Below are positions 12,472-24,600 of a stretch of 64,000 nt of DNA, one piece after another (position 1 is the stretch's first letter; the number at the start of each line of letters is the position of its first letter). This DNA is from Prorocentrum cordatum. Its lineage: Eukaryota. The stretch spans positions 1 to 64,000 of the forward strand of contig CAUYUJ010000027.1 of assembly GCA_963575745.1 (NCBI GenBank), written 5' to 3'. The notes under the pieces are model-generated. The model ran no database searches. It had not been told where the DNA came from and saw only the letters and a program-made list of their open reading frames with translations. Made by a program: the position numbers and the translations under genes.

Positions 12472-14096
12472 TAACTCGTAGAGCTTCCCTTAGCTAGTTA
12501 TAGCTGGAAGCTAAGAGTAATTCCGGCGCGCGGGAGAGCTAGTTGGCTCGAAAAAAAAAGCTGAACTTTTCACAACTTTTGGTCAGTTGAAAATTATATT
12601 CTCGGAATTTGACCATTCGTTAGAGCTCTAGTATTTTTTCCCGTGATATTCGACCTTATTCCCGCTCGCGATCTTAATCTGAGCTCGATCGGGTAACTTT
12701 GAAGGCCAAAAAACACACTGGCGGGATCGGCCGTTTCGAGTCATCTTGATACACGCTGTCGATATTTTGTACTTAACTCGAGCTGTAGACCAGCTACAGA
12801 GCTGGTGAGCACAGCTATCGCACTCAGGATGATCAGACGCGTTCGCCTGTTGAATCCAGAGGTCTGAACTCGGTCTTCTAGCCGAGCTAGGTCCGCAAAC
12901 CTATTCGTATTATTCGAGTCAACTTGACACGCGTTGTCGCTATTTTCTCTTGAACTCGAGCTGTAGGGCAGCTGTAGTGCTGGTAAGCACACCTATCGCA
13001 CTCTGAATCATGAGGCGCGTTCGTCTGTTGAATCCATAGGTCTGAACTCGGTCTGCTAGCCGAGCTAGGTCCACAAACCTATTCGTATTATTCGAGTCAA
13101 CTTGATACGCGTTGCCGGTATTTTCTACTTAACTCGAGCTGTCGGGCAGCTATAGTGCTGGTAAGCACACCTATCGCACACATAATCATCAGGCGCGTTC
13201 GCCTGTTGAATCGATATGGCTGAACTCAGTGTGCTAGCTGAGCTAGGTCCGCAAACCTATTCGTAATATTCGAGTCAGCTTGATACGCGTTGTCGGTATT
13301 TTGTACTTAATTCGAGCTGCAGGGCAGCTACAGATCTGATAAGCACACCTATCGCACTCATAATCATCAGGCGCGTTCGCCTATCGGATCCAGAGGTCTG
13401 AACTCGGTCTGCTAGCCGAGCTAGGTTAGCAAACCTATTCGTATTATTGGAGTCATCTTGACAACCGCTCTCGGTAATTTCTGTACTTAACTCGAGCTGT
13501 AGGCAGCTACAGAGCCTACAGTCACAGAAATCGATTGAGATTTATTGGGCATGTTTGTCTCTTGTATCGAGAGCTCTGAACTCGGCCTGCTGCCCGAGCT
13601 AGGTTCGCGAACCTATTCGTATTGTCCGAATGATCGTGAAACGTGCTCTGATTTTTCTGCACTCAACTCGTGCTGGGGGAGGGCTACAGTGCTGCGGGTC
13701 ATAGAAATCGATTTGCACACATCAGGCGCGTTCGTTGGTCGATTCGAGAGCTCAGAACTTGGCCTGCTGCTCGAAACAGGTCTGCGAAACTATTATATTC
13801 GAGTCATCCTGAGAGATGCTGTCGGTTTTCTGCACTTAACTCGGGCTGTAGGGGGGCTGCAGGGCTGTAATCACATGAGTTGATTCGCAGACATCAGACG
13901 CGTGCGCCTGTCGCATTCAGAGGTCTGAACTCGGTCTGATCAGACGCGTCCGCTTGTTGCATTCAGAGGTAAAAAATATTCACTATGAGTCAGAATGTTG
14001 GTAGGTGCTCTCGGTTTTCTCAACTTAAGTCGAGCTTGGAAGCTCTACGAGTTCCCCGGCGGTAACCAAGGTTGACGGTTTACCGCCGGCGCCCAG
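12472..14096 (+). mobile_element. Complete alpha element
   Basis: Both termini are present; same subfamily as 19827-21407. Confidence 0.85.
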
Positions 14097-15578
14097 TTTG
14101 GGTGGTTTTGCAAACATTTAAAAGATATTTGACCATTTATTTTGAACAAGCAGATTTTTACGCCGAGCATTGGCATATGAACTCCTTTCTGACAGCAGCT
14201 CAGCTCTCTCGATGGATTTTTGCATGAGTTGACTTCTGGGAACTGAGCGAATATGAACATCCAAAAACATGAAATTTGAAGATTTTCGAAAATCTCGATT
14301 TTTTTTGATTCTGTGTCGATTCTCTGCACTCTTACTAGTGAGAGGAGCTCTACGAGGTTCCCGGCGATGACCAGGTTGACTGTTCACCGCCGGCGCCAGT
14401 TGGCAAGAAACATATCGACGGACCTTTTGGTGACTTTCGGTCGGTTGAAAATTTTGTTCTCAGAATTTGAACATTCGTTAGAGCTCTAGTATTTTTCCCA
14501 TGATATTCGATCTTTTCCCGCTCGCCATCTTGATCTCAGCTCGATCGGATAACTTTCAAGGCCAAAAAGCGTCCCGGCGGGAACGGCCGTTTTGAGTCAT
14601 TTTGATACGCGCTGTCGATATTTTGTACTTAACTCGAGCTATAGAGCAGCTACAGGGCTGGTAAGCACAGCTATCGCACTCAGGATGATCATGCGCGTTC
14701 GCCTGTTAAATCCAGAGGTCTGAACTCGGTCTGCTAGCCGAGCTAGGTCCGCAAACCTATTCGTATTATTCGAGTCATCTTGATAGACGCTCTCGGTTTT
14801 CTGTACTTAACTCGAGCTTTAGGGCAGCTACAAAGCTGGTAAGCACACCTGCCGCATTTAGAACCTGTTGAATCCAGAGGTCTGAACTCGGTCTGCTACT
14901 AGCCGAGCTAGGTCTGCAAACCTATTCGTATTATTCGAGTCATCTTGATAGACGCGTTTGGTTTTCTGTACTTAACTCGAGCGGTAGGGCAGCTACAAGG
15001 CTTATTGTGACAGACATGGATGGGGAATCATCAGTCGCGTTCGTCTATTGAACCGAGAGCTCTGAACTCGGCCTGCTGCCCGAGCTATGTTCGCGAACCT
15101 ATTCGTATTGTCCGAATGATCTTGAGAAGTGCGCTCAATTTTCCACACTAAACTCGTGCTGGGGGAGGGCTAGAGTGCTGCGATTCACATATATCGATTA
15201 ACACAGATCAGGCGCGTCTTTCGGTCGATTCTATAGCTCGGAACTCGGTCTGCTGCTCGAACTAGGTTCGCAAAACTATTATATTAGTCGAGTCGATACT
15301 GTCGGTTTTCTGCACTGAACTCGGGCTGTAGGGGGGCTGCAGGGCTGGGAATCACATTAGTATATTCGCAGACATCAGACGCGCCCGCCTGTCGCATTCA
15401 GAGGTCTGAACTCGGTTTGATACTCGAACTGGGTTGCGAAACTGTTTGTTTTTTGTTAGCGTTATCTTGAGAGGTCTGAAATCGCTTGGGCTTAAACAAT
15501 AGTCGTTCTTTGGAGTTTTTTCCCACAGTACATATTGTCAGGAAGCTCTACGAGTTCCCCGGCGGTAAGAAAGGTTGA

Positions 15579-16809
15579 TCATGAAGTTGATCATGAAGTT
15601 GCTGACCATGAAGTGTTGATCATGAAGTTGCGCACGTGGGTTCGCACGTTCCTGTTCTTGCTCAGACGGCAGCTGATGTGAAGATGTCGGAGTTGGAGAT
15701 GGATAACGAGGATAACATGCGGTGCTTACTACTTCAGACGATGCATAAGATGGATGACAATACTGAGAGGATCCAGGACGCCATAGTAGTTCAGGGTAGT
15801 AAAATCGATAATGTTCAGACCCAGGTACAGAAGCAGGGTAGTAAAATCGATAATGCTCAGACCCAGGTACAGAGATTTGAGGCCAGATACAATCAACTTG
15901 AGGCCTTCGTCCAGAGACTTCAGGGACTGGCGCGATCAGGTTCTGCGGCGAGTGCTGCGTCTACGAGGCCTGTGTTTACGAAACCTGCTAATACTATACA
16001 TTATACCTGAGTATATGCTGCCTGCCGCCGCCTCTCTGTGTTGCTGGCTTGTATTGTGTCACGTGCTTGTTCAGTGAGACGAGTTTGAACTTTTGTGACT
16101 TGTAATTGCGTTGCTTTCTTCATGCTTGTGTGTTCATGCATGCACGCGTGTCGAATAAGAGCTTCGCTTGATGGCCACTTGTTGCATGCATTAATGATTG
16201 AGATCGCCTCGCGTGGTCTTTTTGTTTGTTATTGGGACTGCCTCGTGTGGTTATTCAGTGCATCTTTATTCAGTGCAGCCATGGCTGTAATGCTTGTATC
16301 TCATTTGTTCTTCTTTTCCTCACTTTATCTCTCATTGAGCTCTAACAATTCAGTGTGTGCATGTTCAGTCCCTGGCCAGGTCTCCTGGCTCTCTTGTCGC
16401 AGTCTTAGTCTTGCCTCTTCAGTGTTCTCACTGTTGTAGGGTTTAATTTTAGTTCCGCCTCATCAGTTTCATTTGACACGTTTGATCGCCTTGAGTGGTC
16501 TCCAATTGATTTGTTTTGCTGGGTGCTTCCTTCACTTTCTTGATCGTTCCGACGTGCCTGTTGATTGAGACGTACTGTGGCCTCAAAGAGGTTCGATAGT
16601 ATTTGATCTCCTTAATTCATCACTTCACATTTGACGTTGAGCATAAGACTCTTGTCATACCGCGGGTTGTACAAGCGTATTTCGGAGAGCTTAGGCTGTC
16701 GTCTTCCTGATCGTCAGGATCGGTGAGGCTTCGCCTGCTCCCTATACGTCCGCGTCTTTACTTCCGACTAGGCTGGAAAGCCTGCACAGTCGACCGCAAA
16801 GTCCGCAAA
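15579..16809 (+). mobile_element. 1.2-kb retroposed insertion (non-autonomous or SINE-like) in an alpha hairpin loop
   Basis: 12-bp TSD aagaaaggttga (15567-15578 and 16810-16821). The 3' end reads gaccgcaaagtccgcaaa. No RT coding sequence. Confidence 0.8.
15684..16010 (+). CDS. Short coiled-coil-like ORF (possibly ORF1-like) inside the insertion
   Basis: Q/E/D-rich heptad-like sequence with a 14-codon duplication (QGSKIDNVQTQVQK / QGSKIDNAQTQVQR). No catalytic motif. Confidence 0.35.
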   Translation: MSELEMDNEDNMRCLLLQTMHKMDDNTERIQDAIVVQGSKIDNVQTQVQKQGSKIDNAQTQVQRFEARYNQLEAFVQRLQGLARSGSAASAASTRPVFTKPANTIHYT

Positions 16810-17813
16810 AAGAAAGGTTGACGGTTTACCGCCGGCGCCCAGTTGGCAAGAAAAACCTCGACGGAACTTTTGGTGACTTTTGGTCGGTTGAAAATTTTGT
16901 TCTCGAAATTTGAACATTCGTTAGAGCTCTAGTATTTTGTTCCGTGATATTCGATCTTATTCCCGCTCGCCATCTTGATCTCAGCTCGATCGGGTAACTT
17001 TGAAGGCCAAAAAGCACTCTGGCGGGAACGGCCGTTTCGAGTCATCTTGATACGCGTTGTCGGTATTTTGTACTTAACTCGAGCTGTAGGACAGCTACAG
17101 AGCTTGTAAGCACAGCTATGGCACTCAGAATCATCAGGCGCGTTCGGCTGTTCAATCCATAGGTCTGAACTCGGTCTGCTAGCCGAGCTAGGTCCGCAAA
17201 CCTATTCCTATTATTCGAGTCAACTTGATACGCGTTGTCGGTATTTTCTACTTAACTCGAGCTGTAGGGCAGCTACAGTGCTGGTAAGCACACCTATCGC
17301 ACGCAGATTCATCAGGCGCGCTCGCCTGTTGAATCCATAGGTCTGAACTCGGTCTGCTAGCCGAGCTAGGTCCGCAAACCTATTCGTATTATCCGAGTCA
17401 ACTTGATACGCGTTCTCGGTATTTTCTACTTAACTCGAGCTGTAGGCCAGCTACAGTGCTGGTAAGCACACCTATCACACTCAGAATAATCAGGCGCGTT
17501 CGCATGTTGAATCCAGAGCTCTGAACTCGGTCTGCTGCGCGATCCAGAATCACGAAACTGTTCGTATTCTTCCAGTCATCTTGAGAGCTACTGTCGGCGT
17601 TCTGCACGTAACTCGGGCTGTAGGGGGGCTGCAGGGCGGTTAATCACAGGAATCGATTCGGAGACATCAGACGCGCCCGTCTGTCGCATTCAGAGGTCCG
17701 AACTCGGTCTGATATTCGAGTTGGGCTGACAACCTATTTGTTCTCTGCATTTTTTTTCGACATTATATGTTGTCAGGAAGCTCTACGAGTCCCCCGGCGG
17801 TAACAAAGGTTGA

Positions 17814-19740
17814 GGGAAATTGTCTTTACCAGATGACGTCACCCCAAAAGCCAGCCTCCGAAAGTTGGGTTGTTTGGAAGCCAGCTCGACTCAGAATTGC
17901 TAGACGGATGTTCTTTGAAGCAAAGTGCCAGAGTGCAGTGCAGAGAGTTCTTTATTCCTTGTGGCAGCTTGGAGCTGACATAGCATCATATTTTGGAGCT
18001 AATGTCGACAGCGGATATCAGATTCCTGAGTCGGAGCTGAGCCCAGGAATGGTCGCGGGCTCTCTAGTTACCAATGGGATGGGGGAGGTCTCTTCAGTTA
18101 CCAATGGGATGGGGGCTGTCTCTTCAGTTACTAGTGGGATGGGTGCAGTCTCTTCAGATATGAATGGGATGGGTGTGGTCTCTTCTGATATGAATGGGAT
18201 GGTCTCTCCAGTTACCAGTGGGATGGATGTGGTCTCTTCAGTTACTGGTGGGATGGTGGGAGTCTCTTCAGTTACCAGTGGGATGGGTGCTGTCTCTGAT
18301 ATGCATGGGATGGTCTCTCCAGTTACCAGTGGGATGGGTGTGGTCTCTTCAGTTACTAATGGGATGGTGGGAGTCTCTTCAGTTACCAGTGGGATGGGTG
18401 CTGTCTCTGCAGTTACTAATGGGATGGGCGCAGTCTCCTCAGATACGAATGGGATGGGCGCTGTCTCTTCAGATATGCATGGGATGGTCTCTTCTGCTAT
18501 GCCCTCTGATAGGGCCTCTTCTTCTCGAGATGTTGAAGTTCCCTGTGAGCGGGGGGGGCCTAGGGATTCCCCCAGGCCCCCCCCGAAACGTCGGAGGGTG
18601 GCTGTTCCTGGACCTGGACAACAGACGGTGTATCCTCGTGCGCATCGTGACGCACGCCGGCTTCTGATGTGCTGTACCCCGAGGTGGGAGGAGAAAAGGA
18701 CACTGGAGTCAAAATATTGGCGTTCACAGTGGAAGTGGAAGGAGGCCTCGAAACTGACACGATTAGGCAGTACTAAGGGGCAGGCGACGGGTGAACATCC
18801 TTGGTGTTTCATGTTCCAGACGATATTTCCCTCGTTTGTGAATCTGGAGGATCGGTGGTGGAGGGCGTGCTCTTTCTCTTACTCTGACTTCGTTCAGTAT
18901 TGCAGGCAGTTCCTGGAAGCTTGTACTTTGGGGTCTCTGTTTGACTTGTTTGTTGTCCGTGGAGGAACTGGAGGGAGAGGAGACTACATAAAGGAGAGGG
19001 GGGAGGAGATGTTGGCTCGTCCGTTGTCGGCGAAGGAGTCCGAGAAGCTGGCCCAGAGATTGGCCTCGAACAATGAACAGGAGCCGACTTGGGATCTGAG
19101 TGATGATGGGATCGGTCTCGAGCTGACGGGCGATTCGCTTCTTATCTGTAACTGGATCAATGGTCTCTGGAAGGTTGAGGGAGGAGAAGGAGGAGATGGG
19201 GCTTCTTATCGTAGGCGGGTGGCAAATATTATTTCTCTTTTGGAAGAGTTGGAGGAGGAAGGAATACGACCCCCCTCATGGGGCAACGACTTCATTCGAC
19301 ACATATATCGAGAGAGTAACACAGTAGCTGATGAACTTACCCACTTAGCACGGGAAGGCCAGATATTCAGAGAGCTGTTCCACCACCATATCTTTCGTTC
19401 TGATGTCCGAGACAACTTTCGAGTTATTGGCCTCCGCGGATCCTTCGACGGCGGAGTGTGTGCCCAAGGTGTGGGCGTTGGCTGGTTTCTGCAGATTGGA
19501 TATATTCCTCGATTCCATGACCCTTACCCTGACCCTGAGCATAGAGATAAGAGAGCTCGTGTAGTCTCCCTCTTCCCCCAAGCCTCCTCTCCTTGTCCAA
19601 TCATATGGGAAATAGTAGGGCGTTGTGCACAGGCACTCCCCTCCCATAGCAGTATCACTGACGCTGAGCTTTCGGGTCTCGAGGGCCTCTTGCGGGCCGC
19701 AGTCCAGGTGGCCCAAGACCTCCAGCTGCAGAGAGACTAG
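17814..19740 (+). CDS. C-terminal part of a LINE ORF2-type protein: repeat linker + RNase H (permuted motif order)
   Basis: Uninterrupted frame with LELTGDSLL, HIYRESNTVADELT, GSFDGG and ITDAEL. The ATG at 17767 in the ORF track lies in host element sequence. Confidence 0.85.
18061..18500 (+). repeat. Coding 30-bp (and 21-bp variant) tandem repeat, SSVTxGMGAV
   Basis: Units such as tcttcagttaccagtgggatgggtgctgtc, all in frame. Confidence 0.9.
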
Positions 19741-21682
19741 GTAGGCACTTAACGGGCGCTGGGGCGCTCGGTGCCTGGTCAGCCTCCCCAAAAAACAAAG
19801 GTTGACGGTTTACCGCCGGCGCCCAGTTCCGGCGCGCTGGAGAGCTAGTTGGCTCGAAAAAAAAGAACTGAACTTTTCACAACTTTTGGTCAGTTGAAAA
19901 TTATGTTCTCGAAATCTGACCATTCGTTAGAGCTCTAGTATTTTTTCCCGTGATATTCGATCTTATTCCCGCTCGCCATCTTTATCTCAGCTCGATCGGG
20001 TATCTTTTACTGCGAAAAAGCACACTGGCGGGAACGGCCGTTTCGAGTCATCTTGATTCGCGTTGTCGGTATTTTGTACTTAACTCGAGCTGTAGGACAG
20101 CTACAGAGCTGGTCAGCACAGCTAATGCACTCAGAATCATCAGGCGCGTTCGCCTGTTAAATCGATAGGTCTGAACTCGGTCTGCTAGCCGAGCTAGGTC
20201 TGCAAACCTATTCGTATTATTTGAGTCAACTTGATACGCGCTGTCGATATTCTCTACTTAATTCGAGCTGTAGGGCAGCTACAGTGCTGGTGAGCACACC
20301 TATCGCACTCAGAATCATTAGGCGCGTTCGCCTGTTGAATCCATAGGTCTGAACTCGGTCTGCTAGCCGAGCTAGGTCCGCAAACCTATTCGTATTATTC
20401 GAGTGAACTTGATACGCGTTGTCGGTATTTCCTACTTAACTCGAGCTCTAGGGCAGCTACAGTGCGGGTAAGCACACCTATCGCACTCAGAATTATCAGG
20501 CGCGTTCGCTGTTGAATCCATAGGTCTGAACTCGGTCTGCTAGCCGGGCTAGGTTCGCAAACCTATTCGTATTATTCGAGGTAACTTGATACGCGTGGTG
20601 GATATTTTGTACTTAATTCGAGCTGCAGGGCAGCTATAGTGCTGGTAAGCACACCTATCGCACTAAGAATCATCAGGCGCGTTCGCCTCTTGACTCCAGA
20701 GGTCTGAACACGGTCTGCTAGCCGAGCTAGGTTCGCAAACTTATTCGTATTATTCGAGTCATCTTGATAAACGTTCTCGATATTTTCTGTACTTAACTCG
20801 AGCTGTAGGCAGCTACAGAGCCTAGAGTCACAGAAATCGATTGAGAATTATCGGGCGTGTTTGTCTCTTGTATCGAGAGCTCTGAACTCGGCCTGCTGCG
20901 CGAGCTAGGTTCGCGAAGCTATGCGTATTGTCCGAATCATCGTGAACAGTGCTCTCAATCTTCTGCACTCAACTCGTGCTGGGGGAGGGCTACAGTGCTG
21001 CGGGTCATAGAAATCGATTTGCACACATCAGGCGCGTTCGTTGGTCGATTCGAGAGCTCAGAACTTGGTCTGCTGCTCGAAACAGGTCTTCGAAACTATT
21101 ATATTATTCGAGTCATCCTGAGAGATGCTGTCGGTTTTCTGCACTTAACTCGGGCTGTAGGGGAGCTGCAGGGCTGGTAATCACATGAGTAGATTCGCAG
21201 ACATCAGACGCGTTCGCCTGTCGCATTGAGAGGTCTGAACACGGTCTGATCAGACGCGTCCGCTTGTCGCATTCAGAGGTCAAACAATATTCACTATGAG
21301 TCAGAATGTTGGTAGGTGCTCTCGGTTTTCTCAACTTAAGTCGAGCTTGGAAGCTCTACGAGTTCCCCGGCGGTAACCAAGGTTGACGGTTTACCGCCGG
21401 CGCCCAGTTGGCCGACCCGGCCAGAACGGACAAAGTGTTAACTTTTGGTCGGTTTTGCTAAGATTTGAAAGATATTTGACCATTCATTTTGAGAAAGCAG
21501 ATTTTTACTCCGAGCATTGACATATAAACTTCGTTCCCTGAGCAGCTCAGCTCTCTAGAGCCATTTTTGATACCAGTTCACTTGGAGCAACCGACTTCAT
21601 GTTGACTCCGAAAAATCTCAACTAGAAGTTTTTGTAGAAAAGCTGCCAGAAGCTCTCGCTTTGATCCTGAGCTTTGTGACGG

Positions 21683-24600
21683 ATGCAAGGAGCTCTACGA
21701 GGTTTCCTGGCACATGCTGTACGTACCGTGACATGTTCTGCTGAGCGTGAGCGTAATGCTCAGCTTGTTACACGTCTCCGTCGCGCAGCACTTGACAGCC
21801 AAGCAGTTGGCCCCACACTCACGCCTTCCGTCATATATCGAGCTCGCGCCCGCCTTCGTAGCGGGAAAGCTTGTGGACCCGATGGTGTTAGCATTGAGTT
21901 ACTCAAAGCTCTGCCATGGCGCTCGATGCGCAGGATCACTGCTGTGTTTCAGGAAATATATTCGGGTCGTCGGCGCACTCCCAGCTCATGGTGTGATGTG
22001 TATTTGAATCTCATGCCGAAGATGTCCAACATGGAGTCCCTGGATGACACCAGGAACTTGATAGTTTCCAACACTCTAGGCAAGTGGTACCTCACGGCAG
22101 TCACTATTCTTATCGAGGACAGGCTGGCTCTCTGGAAAAGTAAGTTGGGAATCTACGGCTTCGCAGGGGGACGGCACACATGGGAGATCGCGGCCGCACT
22201 TAAAGGTATTGCACAGCACGCTTCTATATGGGGCAAAGATCAGAGCGCACATATTGCATCGGCAGATATTGCACGAGCATTCGACAATGTCACGCTCAGT
22301 ATGCTTGCACGCGCTATGGATAAACTAGAGATCCCAGCACGCTTACAATATGCACTTATCGAGCCGCTCGCTGTTACAAATTGCACCATCGTCTTCGAGG
22401 GGATCCAACTGGATGGGGTTTCTTGGGATAAGAGCTTGAGGACGGGTGGGACTGAGAGCCCGCTTGCTTTCAACATCGTGGTTATCGCCATGTGGGCCTC
22501 TGTAGTTGCCTCTTTGGACGCTCAGAACATAGGGTACGAGATCCCCGACCCCCACAACCCCGCTACCTACCACACGTACAACCATGCGCTCTGGGCTGAT
22601 AATCTGTACCTTGTGGGGAGGAATGCTAAGGAAATCCAGAAGATCGTTGATGTTTTCACCATTGCTTTAGCAGACTGGGGAATGAGTTGGAAGTCATCAT
22701 CCTTGCAGATACTCGTATGCGGGACCCAGGACCCTACGCCGATTTTGGCCCAAGTCGGAGACCAACGAGTTGCCTTCACACCGGTGGAGTCGCTTTCTAT
22801 TCTGGGCTGCGTTGTCTGTAAAAGCTTTCTCGAGGGACACGAGGACCTAGCACATCGACTTAAATGCGCCAGAGGATCCTTTTTCGCTCAGATATCATAT
22901 TTTGGATGCAGATCGGTACCGCTGAAACACAAATATCGTCGTTATCAAGCTCAGGTCCAATCGCGTCTGCTATATGCGGGAGAGATGTTCACGCTTGATG
23001 CTGAGGCGGTGCGAACCATACATGCTTTTGAGGGCATGTGTCTGCTGCGTATGTGGTGCCGTCGCAAGCCGTCTTCGCTAACATGGGGTGTCTGGCGCCC
23101 TGAGATGCTCCACAAGGTGCGACAGCATTTCGCTGAGGCCAATTTCCCATCAGCTGTACAGATGATTGCTTGGAAGAGCTGGACGATGATGAGAAGTATC
23201 AAGGAGTATATCTTGTCAGATTGTCACCGTCGACATGTTCAATGGCGTCAGAGCGCAAGTCCTGAGGAAGCCCCGAGTGCGAGGGAACACCTCAGGCAAC
23301 GTCGCCAAATTTTGCAGGAGGCGTCAGGACGCAAGTCCTGGGGAAGCCCCGAATGCGAGGGAACACCCCAGGCACACGTCGCCACGTTTGCTGCTGATCC
23401 TGGGCCTTCCCAGAAGAGAGTACGATTTGCTGATACACCCTCGCAATCTTTCGCGGGAGTCATCTCACAAGTTGTTGCTGAGAGTATTGCATTGAGTGAT
23501 AGGCTGGAGGATGTTTCACAGGAGCTCGCCAGGCACATTGCGACCCAGGACGCCAGCTTCAACAGGCAGACCTTGAAGAGACGACGACTGCAGGGGCTAC
23601 GACAAGGGTTTGGCGGTGATTCTTTGGCTTCTGAGAATATTGATTCAGGGAGTGGGTCGGCGGCTCTACTGCCCACACTCTCCCTCCCAGCTCATGATAT
23701 TGATCACTGCAGTCCTGATAACAGAGCTTTCGTGGACAGCAGAAGGGGATTGCTCATGTACAATGTTGAGTGGACAACGCGCAGGGACATTATGGCAGAA
23801 TGTTGCCGACTACACGGCAACCGTACTCAGGCATCCACGATCAAGAGGTTGAGGGCTGGTCCAGAGAGAGTGGGCCAGCGTAGCTGGCAGTATCCATACA
23901 TTCTTACATATGGCAGCTCCTGGTGGTCGAGTGTCGAGACGAGCTATCGTTCTTTCCTGGAGATGTGGCAGAATCTTTTGTGCATGTACGATAAACCAAA
24001 GGTATTCCTGTATTTTGTTCAGAACTGGAAGGGCACAGCGGCGTACTATACACCTCCCGAGATGGTGGGGGATACTGAGCGTATACCGAGTGAGAAAGAT
24101 ACACAAAAACTTGCTAAGAGGTTGGCGATTATCTACGAGAGGCAGACGGTGTGGGACATTGTAAGTCCAGGATTCGGGGTAGAAATCAAAGGGGATAGTT
24201 TACTTGTGAATAACTGGCTGACGGGACGATGGCGATGCGACAATAAACAATACCAGAGACGTGTGGACCGATGCATTAACGTTCTAGATCGTGCTGCGGG
24301 GGATCTGGGTATTCGAAGTTCTGGATTGGGGAAAGATTTATATAGGCATGAATTCAGGGAAGACAACACACGGGCTGATGAACTTACACATTTGGCCCGC
24401 GAGGGCCACTGCTTCTACAACCAGTATGAGTACATGTTTAGCTTTGAGGACTTTCTACAACCTATCGCCTGTCGTGGTGGATACGATGGGGGAGTTTGCA
24501 GCAAAGGGACGGGGTGCGGCTTTTGGCTTCAAGTGGGTTTCATCAATCATAGATATGATTGTAATAAGAGTGTCTCGTGTTCTCCTCTCCCCTCCTCCTC

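Larger units (their letters stand above)
17814..19793 (+). mobile_element. 5'-truncated non-LTR retrotransposon in an alpha hairpin loop
   Basis: 12-bp TSD aacaaaggttga (17802-17813 and 19794-19805), short A-rich 3' end, and a C-terminus homologous to the 1026-aa RT ORF. Confidence 0.9.

Noticed and set aside
15579..15635. Dinoflagellate spliced-leader relic at the 5' end of the insertion
   Set aside because: No match to CCGTAGCCATTTTGGCTCAAG; the sequence is a tcatgaagttg repeat.
18018..18812. 264-aa minus-strand EETxPIP repeat ORF
   Set aside because: It is the antisense shadow of the coding repeat; the plus frame is the one continuous with the RNase H.
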